Part shown: positions 47,594 to 55,947 of the stretch, piece by piece
Layout of the letters: each line of letters begins with the position of its first letter
Numbering within the stretch: the first letter of the stretch is position 1
Source of the DNA: Prorocentrum cordatum
Lineage: Eukaryota
NCBI GenBank assembly: GCA_963575745.1
Contig: CAUYUJ010000123.1
Span: 62,001 to 117,947, forward strand
Length of the DNA: 55,947 bases
Reading direction: 5' to 3'
Made by a program: the position numbers and the translations under genes
The notes under the pieces: model-generated
What the model was told of the DNA's origin: nothing
The model's database searches: none
What the model saw: the letters and a program-made list of their open reading frames with translations, nothing else

Positions 47594-48049
47594 TCAAACC
47601 GCTGATGGGTCGGACGTGCCCGGCCACGGTCGGGAGGCCGCTCTTGTTGGAGTACTGTTGAGGGCGAAGCTCTCTCGGGCGTGTCGGGAGCGCCGGGCCC
47701 CCTCTCGTGGGGGCGGTGTCGAGGCCTTTTTTGGAGCCCCTTGGGTGGGGCTGAAGGCCTCCTCCTCCTCCTCCTCCTCCTCCTCCTCTTTTTTGGAGCC
47801 TCCTCCTCCTCCTCCTCCTCCTCGCCTCTCAGGTCCTCTTGTGGGCCTCCGCGAGACCTTTTGGGACCCTCTTGGGCCGTCTGAGCTCCCTTTGAGCCGT
47901 CCTGGAGCCACGTTCAGAACTCCGTACGTCATCAGGACCCTCATGGAGCTATCTTCCGGGCCTTCTAGGGTTGCCGTGTACTCCTCCTCCTCCTCCTCCT
48001 CCTCCTCCTCCTCCCTCTCCTCCTCCTGCGCCGCCTCCTCCTCTTTCCG

Positions 48050-50890
48050 CTTTCCGCTCCTCTGACGGCGGCCCCCGAGGGAACCACCGCAATCCGAACG
48101 CCTCCACTACACGCCGAGGAAGCCACAGGACCGCCTACACACTCCAGGCTCCCTACTCCGAATCCTCCCAGCGGATGTCCCGCCTCTCGCCCAAGACCTC
48201 ATACAGCCCCCGAGCCCACCCGACGCGGCGGGGATGGAGAGGGGGCTGCACGGGGCAAGAGCGGGGGATGGGCCGCTTGGAGGAGGGGTCCAGCCCCTGC
48301 TTTAATTGGCGCAAGGCCCGTGCTCGGCCATCTGTGGGGTGTCCTGCACAGCGATCGGCGAGGGCCAAAATCTGCCGTCTGGCATACGCCCCGCACACAC
48401 TGCACCACACAAGACCCCCAGGACCCCCCGAGCACAAGAGCCTGCGAGACCAGTGTGCCTGAGCCAGCTTCGCCATGACCCCAGGGCACCTATCGTGCAC
48501 CAGCCTGGCTCGAGTCGAGCAGCTGCGGCCACAACACAAACAAAACCAGCGGCCTCCAGAATACTTCGCCTGATGCCCTTTGGGATCCGACACGAGCTCG
48601 AGCGGGTCGAAAACGCGACGGAGCCGAGGTTTGAGAGCATCGGGGAAAGAGGAGGCGGCGAGGTGCGCGAGGATCCTGCCTGAGTAGAGAGCAACGAAAT
48701 AGGCCGACCACCACAGAAGCGGCCTCAACTCCTCTACTTCCTCAGACACAGGATGCAACCTCGCGCCTTTCTTAGCATACACGTCAGCAAGCTTATTAGC
48801 CCTGTAATGAAGCCACGGGACCCCTTGCGCCTGTGCATGAGTCCATGATTCGTGGCTTCGTATCCAGTGCAAGTGAATCTGCTCAAGACCTATCTCGTCG
48901 ATCTTAAACCAAATCTTGCACCGCACTTCCGAATGCACCTTCGTGGGGCGGCAGCACGCTTCAGGCCCTGCCGCTACACCATCGATGAGAGACTTACAAT
49001 CGGTGACAACCGTAACCTCGCCTACACAATTGCAAAGACACATATAAAAGGCCCAGAGCTCAGCTGCTCCGATCTCCTGCAAGACTCCAGGGTGAGGCCC
49101 AAATATGGCTCCTTCAGAGTCCCCATGGCGGTCGATCTTCACGCAAGACCAACCAGCCCTAGAAGCCAGAGGAAAATTGGGCGCCAAACAGGACCCGTCG
49201 ATCCCAACGAGACCTGAGAGGGCCCCTCCCACAATGGGCCCTTCAAACTCCACGAGCCCATCGAGCCTCGGGGGAGGTTGGAGGTCAAGCAAAGAGTCCA
49301 CAAGGCCCCTGTGGAGGAGGGGATCTTGATGCTCGCATTCTCTGCCAGCACGGGTGACATCGTCCAGGTCGAGCTCGCGCCTGACCACAGCACTGAATTC
49401 ACATCTGAACAAACGATGCCCCTCGTCTCCTGGCTCCGCCTTGCAGACCTGACACAAGGGCGAGTCGACGGACCGTGCCGCGAAGAGGCGCGCCTGAGTC
49501 CAAAGCCCCCCCGCGACATGGGTTCCGAGGAGCTGCGCCGCCGTCTTGAAACCCTCCCGTCGAAGCTGCTGCTGAGCCTGACGCATGGGCTCCAGGAGGG
49601 GGGCCCCCCCCAGGTTTTCCAAACCAGGGGGCCCAGGGAGGCACCGTAGGAGCGCAAGCTCCGTTCCTAAATCGACAGCTTTCCGAAGCGAGCCAGGGCG
49701 GACCTCCGTCAGATCAACCAGCACCCCCCCCCGCCTCCCACCTCGACTCACTCTGCGGCGTCCAACCCAGGCGCTTCAAGGTGGCCAGAACAGCCGAGCA
49801 GGGCCCACGGACCCTGCCGTTAAACTTAGCAAACGCTTTGGCAAAAAGGGACCCCAAGATATCTCTCGACAACCAACCCTCGACGATCGCGCGCCCCCAG
49901 AACACCAGCGGCAAGGCGTTGCCCGCATACACGGGATCGGACTTGGGGCCCTCGCTGAGAAAAATTGCAACGAGCGGCTCTTGCCCGCCGACGGCCCAAA
50001 CAGCGCCGACCCAGCAGCAGCCCTCAGGGAGGAGAGATCCGCGTTACTCATTCCCGTAACCCTGGTACCATACAGGGCCGCGGGGGCTCCTCCCGCCTTG
50101 AAAATACGAGAAAGCCCCTTTCGCGACGTGCTGAGTAACCGAAACCTGCGAATCCTTTTTCTGACGCTCAGAATCCGACCCTTCTGGACCCTGCGTGCCG
50201 CCCTTGAACACGAAAAGTCGATCCCAAGATTCTTGACCCCGTCGACGACCACGAAGTTCCACCGACGAAGCCTGCTGGATATAGCTTTCCCCATGGTCCT
50301 GGACGACGCCACAATCCTATTCTTAGTGGGAGACACTTTCAGTCCTAGATCCTCCAGCTTGCTGCACAATGCATGGAGCGCTCGTACCAGCCCACGAAAT
50401 ACCAACTCGGCTGGCCCGATCACTGACAACGTACAGTCATCCACCACTAGGTAGGCGGAGATGTTGACGGCGAGAGGGATAACCGAATCAAGAGTACTGG
50501 TGTGGTACAGACGGAGGAGCGTCGTAGCATAAGCACACCCTGCGAGGATCCCTTGAGCAACTCTAAACCACTCCGAAACGAATAGCCCCACCTGCAGAAC
50601 CCTCGGGGCGCTGTACATAGTGACCAGGAGGGCAGCTCTGCGCGGGCTGAAACTGTGCTGCACCGCGAAATCCAAAAGGCGAACGTGTCCGACATGCTCA
50701 TACGCCTTCTGAAGATCAACTAGGCCTGAGGCGGAAGACTGGTTGTGATGTGAGGCCCACTCGTTCATAGCAGACTGGACCCAGACCGCCCTCTCACAAC
50801 TCTCCCCCTGCGTGGCGTAGACCCAATCCCTCTCATGCTCCCTCTCCCACTGCTTAGCCTCAGACTTCCTGCAGGCCGAGAGAACGCGCA
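48050..50890 (-). mobile_element. 5'-truncated LINE (element D) within (CCT)n
   Basis: RT followed by RNase H and a Cys-rich tail; (CCT)n at 47981-48043 and 50893-50920. Confidence 0.85.
48153..50885 (-). pseudogene. Element D ORF2 remnant: RT (partial), CCHC finger, RNase H, Zn-binding tail, with frameshifts
   Basis: DLQKAYEHV...GILAGC...VVDDC...KNLGID; CQVC...GHRLFRC; IDGSC...AELWA...TDCK...WIRSH...NKLADVYAK; WCSVCGAY. Confidence 0.88.
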
Positions 50891-50989
50891 TGCCTCCTCC
50901 TCCTCCTCCTCCTCCTCCGCCTTCTTTCCTCGATCCTGTATGCCCTGAATATCTGTCTTTATCTGTATATATATACATATATATATAAG

Positions 50990-53900
50990 AACTCTCGATG
51001 GTGTTGTATGTTTCATGTAGCAGGCGGTCGGCTCAGGCGCCGAGCATTGCGAGCCACGTCGCGGCGAGGAGGTGGCGGCCCCGAAGAGGGGAGCTCCCGC
51101 CTGCCGCGAGGAGTGCCAGGCGCTCGCTGCGGCAGCGCTCCCCGTCCGGGGGCGACAGCCAGGGGCAGGGCGACGGGGAAGGACGAAACCCGCCTCGCTC
51201 CAAGCTTGTGCAAGCTTAGGGAGCCTCCGGAAGGTGGCCCTCCGCCGAGCTTCGAATCCTAGCTCGGGAGCGGCAGGGCGGCCCATGCGTCTCGCGCTGG
51301 GAGCACAATATGAAAGGCACCCATGCAGGCAGCACGCTTTGAACATGCCGACAAGCGTGATCCAACTCAAGGAGGAGTCAGGAGGGGAAGCAGTGATAGC
51401 TCACTTCACCACAGTACGCATGCATAGCTCACACCACCGATTTCTGGAGACCCCAGAGGTGAGTACACGTAGAAAAGTGGCGGAGCGAGTCAGTGCCATT
51501 GCCGTTGACATCATGGCATCCGAACAGACATCCACGCGGGGCTGCGCGGAACCTCGCGCTCGTGCAAGTCGAGCCAGTCATTGGCCGCAGAGGTGCAATC
51601 CAGATACACATAGACGTAGCTGTGCACACTCGCCGGATAACATCACACATGCAATCAAAGTGCTCGGGGCGCACTTCTGGGAAAAACTGGTGCGCGCGCC
51701 GAAGGAGTGCATCACGAACAGGATCAGACCTCTGGATCGACTCAAGTGCAGGTAAAAGCTTGTTTTAGTATTTGGAGGCCCCTGCGTCGAGGCCAGTAGA
51801 GAGCCCTTAGAACCAGCCGCGCGCTTTCCGCATGTAGCCCAGAAAGCTGCGCTCGTGCCAACCACGGTGCCACCGATAGGGGATGCGCTCAAGGTCCTCA
51901 CGAGCCCGATCGAGGTCCTCCAGAACACCACGCAGCCCACCAGAGTTCAGCAGGTACCTGATCGCGGCGGAGCGCGCGACAACGCTAAGGTCAAGAAACT
52001 CAATACTAAAAGCCGATTGCTTTGAGCCTCGTAGCGATGTCATGTGTGATCGCATCCCTGGGCCCAAAGGTCGGCCGCACGACACTCTATCGGAACTGGC
52101 GGCTCAACGCGGCATCAAGCGGGTGCGCCTGCAGCCGAAAGAGAAGCTTCGAGACGCACATCGCGCGGAAGGCCGCAGCTGAATGTGCACTGCCTAGCCC
52201 GAGTTGTCGAGTCTGACGCACCCTGGAAAAGGCATCCTGGCATAACCGCCGGCCGCACTTCAGAGGCCGCGTTCGGCCCAATCGGAAACCCAAGGTAAAC
52301 GGCCCACAGGACGACTTGCAGGTGACAGAAGGGAGCACCAAACGTCGCCACTTCAGAAGTAAGATGTCCAGCGTCAGTGCCACAGCAAAACTCAATCTGG
52401 CATTCCTTGGAGCTCAGACAAAGATTCGCAATGGCCTCGAACTCCATCAATGCCGCAAGGAGAGGGCCTAGGTCAGTGAGCACATCCAAACCACCAAAGC
52501 AGAACTCATCCGCATAGGCCAGAGATAGGTCAGATTCGCAGCGCACCTCCGCTGCAGCCAGGAAAGCAATGGATCTACTGCAAGCACAAAGCGGAACATC
52601 GAGCCAGGACACCCCTGCTGAACTCCAGATTCAATGCGAAGGGACTGGAAGCGTTGACCCCAACAGCGACAATAGCGGCACTGGAAGCGCACATCATGGC
52701 AAAGAACTGGATGAGATGAGGCGAGACGCCCATGGCACGCGACAGGAAAAAGAGCCAGCCATGCGCTAAACTCGGGATAGCAGCAGCGAGGTCGGTGAGA
52801 AGCAGGGCTGAATGCCTTTCGTCGTTCATGAACCTCCTCATCCCCCATGCCTCCGTCTTGGCCGCATTCTCTATCGTGCTCCTCCCCGTCGCGCACTTCT
52901 GTTCAGCGCCATCAAGCGAGGACGCGTTCGCAGCGATGGGCGAGGTGCAAGCCGCGGCCATCAGCTTGACATAATTATGCGCTCCCCAGGCTAAGCGAAC
53001 GAGTGATGCTCGCTCCTCGGGCAAGGGCCTGGCCTGGAACGTCGGAAGGGTCCGTGCCCTCGGGGGGAAATGCCAAACTGCGCAGCATGTCATCTGGGAG
53101 CGAGTGGGGGTTGCCATCAAAGAGGGAGATGTAGCAATAGTAAAGTACATGTGATGCGCGCAGATGCTTTCATGCAGCATGGGGCGTGCCATCAGGCCCA
53201 GGGGCGATGCGGGTCCGCCCCAAAACGAATTCATGCGACCGGGATATTCCAGACGCCATGCCTGGTTGAGCGGGCCGTCAAGGGCCATGCTGCGATGGGC
53301 GAGGTCGTTCCACCAGGTGAAGCCCGCGTCGGGGGCGGCATTCACAGCGGCCCAGTCATCGTCGAAGAAGGGCTAGCGGGGGAGCCATCAGAGGCCTTTA
53401 CGGCGCCCATGACAATTCGTTTGCGAAATTTTTTCCGGGGGTATTTACGAAGGCGGAGGTGAGCAGCCATGGAACTTTTAACATCTTCACCTGCGCGAGA
53501 GGGCGCACTCCCCCGCTCTTCCCGATTCAGAATGCGGCGATAAAAACAAAAGACGCGCAGGGAAAGCCGCCGGGAATGAATGCAGCAATAGCGGGCGCCG
53601 AAGTGGCGGCGGAGGCGGGGGTGGCAACCGAGTGCCAGCGGCGTCGCCACTCTGCGCGGCGCGAAGGGCGGCGAGCGCCAAGCTGCGTTGCTCACTGTTG
53701 CAGGCCGCCCGCCTGCCGGCGCCGAAGGGCCCCGCGGGCCCTCCTCCCAGCCCCGGAGAAGAAGGGCCCGGCGACCGGGCGCGCGGCCCAGGCGCCCCGG
53801 CCCCCGGGGGTCTCATTCGACCTCTCCGCCAAGGCCTGAACGGGGCGACCAAGGTCACAGCGAAACCGCTCAAAGCAGCCCGAACGGGAATATGATCACC

Positions 53901-55947
53901 CGGCATGGCGGACTTCAGGGGCCCCGCCGCCGAGGTTGACGTGGCGAAATCTCTGATCGGGGCAGGCGGCAGTGGCGGGCAAAGCCGGTCGATGCGCTCG
54001 ACCGCGTTGCTCCTCTTTCCCCCTCGGGCGTCGAGGTCTCGAAACAGCTCGGCGAGGTGAGGGGGAAGGCGTCGGAGGCAGCGTGACGGCGCAGCATCTC
54101 TAGCAGTGAATCCACCCTCGCCCCCAGCATGCCCCCCCTCCTCTTCAGGCGCCAAAATTCCAGTCGCCCAAGGGCATTACGCGTGCCTCGAATTCTCCAC
54201 CACCAGGCTTGCGACACATAGAATTACGATGAATAGTCTTCAGCGCGCCAGAGAAGAGACCGATTGAGTCGGAAGCGCTGTGCAAGTGGAGATCGCGGAC
54301 CGTCAGATTCCCGAGGGGCCCGCGGAGCTTGCTCTCCAGCCCCCCCCCCGCGACCAAAAACGCACGCTCGATAATGGAGAGGAAAGAGGCGAGCTGCGAG
54401 GGCACCGCGGCGACGACCCCGACACGCCCCCCTGCAAAGATACAACGAACAACGTGCACCCGAACTCACGTCCAGGAAGCTGGTGCTGAAGCTCAGCTAT
54501 ATCATCCTCGTGGCCGCGCGATTCTTGCGCTGCGATAGCGTCGCGCGCTGCCCAAGTCTCGCTCGGGCCCGCCGCGAATCGGCCTTGACCGACGCGAAGA
54601 AGGCCCCTGTGTTCCAGGCGCGAACGGAGAGGGGGCGGGGGGGGGAGCGAGGGCACAGAGGCGGTGTGCGTGTGTGCGTTCGCGTGTTTTTGCGCGCGTG
54701 TGAGCGCGCGTGTGTGGGGCGGGGGGGGGGGGGGGGGGGGGGGGCATGGTCTGTAGCGCAGTCAGCGTCAGCGCGAAAAGGGGCGGCGCAGATGGACCGC
54801 CCCCGCCTGCTCGACAGATGGAATGCGCTCCTGGAAGCCGAACTCAACGAACACATCTGGACCGCAGACGATTGAAACCGAATTGCCATCATTGACCTGC
54901 GCCCTAACTGCTGATGCAGGGTCGCGCGGGCCGCGCAGGATGCGCGCCGATCCGCCGAGCTCCCTGCCACCGGGCCGTCCAGGGCAAGGAGCTCGCTGAG
55001 ATGCGCGCGGGCGCGCCCCAGGGGCATTAGAAACACTTGGCGGACGCTGAAATCTAGGTCGCGCCGCAGACGCAGAGTGAACAGCACGGCGGGATGGAGG
55101 GGGCCTGGGGCGCTCCGCGCGCCGCCGCTCACAGAAATTGCCGGGGAAAGAACTGGCGGCATTCGCGTTTTCAAGCGACGCGTGACTTCTTTCGATCGGT
55201 CGAAGGCACGAACGAGGGTTCTCGGCTGATCGGCCGCGCTGGCAAAGGCTGAGACGCACGCGGTACCTGTATCCTTCAAGTCCTTCAGCAACAGCGGCCT
55301 GAGGAACCCGGGCAGCAACAATTTGCGCGCGTCGTGCAGCTGCTTCTCGATGCCTCCAGCGGCGCAGTGAGATCCCCCATTCGAAGACGATCCCGCAACC
55401 GATGCCGAAGATGGCGGCGCAGGTGGCGATGCAAGGGCGCAGATCTGAGCTTCGGAAATCCTCTGCCGATCCTTGAGGTCCTGGAGCTGGCGTTCAATCT
55501 CGGCGCATTTTCCTTCAAAGACGGGGGCGGGCGGACCGTCGACATCCACGTTCTGCGCGGGGGGGAAGTTCGGAGCCTGCATCTGGGATTGGATCGCCGA
55601 GATCTGAGACTGCGCCGTGCTGGCCTTCTCGTCCACCGCAGCTGCCACAGCTGCTGCGATTGTCTCCTGATTACCAGCCTCGATGACGATCGCCCCTCTC
55701 GTGAAGGGAACGAACGCTCTTGTCGTGCGCCTCAGTGGTCACGCGCATCGCCGGTACCCCCTGCTCGAAATGTTGCTCGCATGCGGCCTGCTTGGAGTTC
55801 GTGTCTCTGACGGTCTGGATGATCTCGATTATCCAAGATGGTGCCCTGGGCGGTGGGCGTGGGCTCTCGCGTCCACTGCAGCTGCGGTTGGCGCCGTCCG
55901 CGCTGCTGTCGATGCGATGAGCTGGTGCTCGCGGGAGTTGGCGATGT
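50990..55947 (-). mobile_element. Decayed LINE (element E): ORF1 remnant, APE, RT and CCHC finger, heavily frameshifted
   Basis: ERIDRL...GDHIPV (APE, ~53890-54010), TDLAAAIPSL, SGVQQGCPGS, AYADE (RT, ~52280-53100), CLFGC...DSLRHFSTC (~51460-51545), and a coiled-coil ORF1-like segment at ~54900-55900. Confidence 0.8.

Overview
Repeat-dense, GC-rich eukaryotic DNA that looks dinoflagellate (Prorocentrum-like). This is inferred from the (GGA/CCT)n and (TAG)n tracts, the SYNAGISACEKG-type PPR array, the 90-bp satellite and the retroelement types. About half the window is five non-LTR (LINE-type) elements. (A) 1-~4200(-): a long intact ORF1, running off the window. (B) 19595-29216(+): a full-length ~9.6-kb LINE with a candidate 13-bp TSD and a (CGAA)3 tail. 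Its frameshifted ORF2 reads RNase H, APE endonuclease, RT, two C2H2 fingers and a C5 cytosine methyltransferase-like domain. (C) ~40550-45210(-): carries ORF1 but no recognisable RT. (D) ~48050-50890(-): a 5'-truncated RT-RNase H LINE. (E) ~50990-55947(-): a decayed APE-RT LINE. The most interesting signals link A, B and C. They share a gap-free Arg/His peptide upstream of the first in-frame ATG of ORF1, suggesting non-AUG initiation. They also share a central ORF1 domain and strongly base-paired 5' leaders, and B and C share a base-paired 3'-UTR motif set. The rest is a 10-repeat PPR exon, a Gln-rich IQ-motif ORF, MITE-like foldbacks, a 150-bp palindrome, a 1.48-kb tandem duplication, satellites and microsatellites. 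All assignments are by eye; no searches were run.
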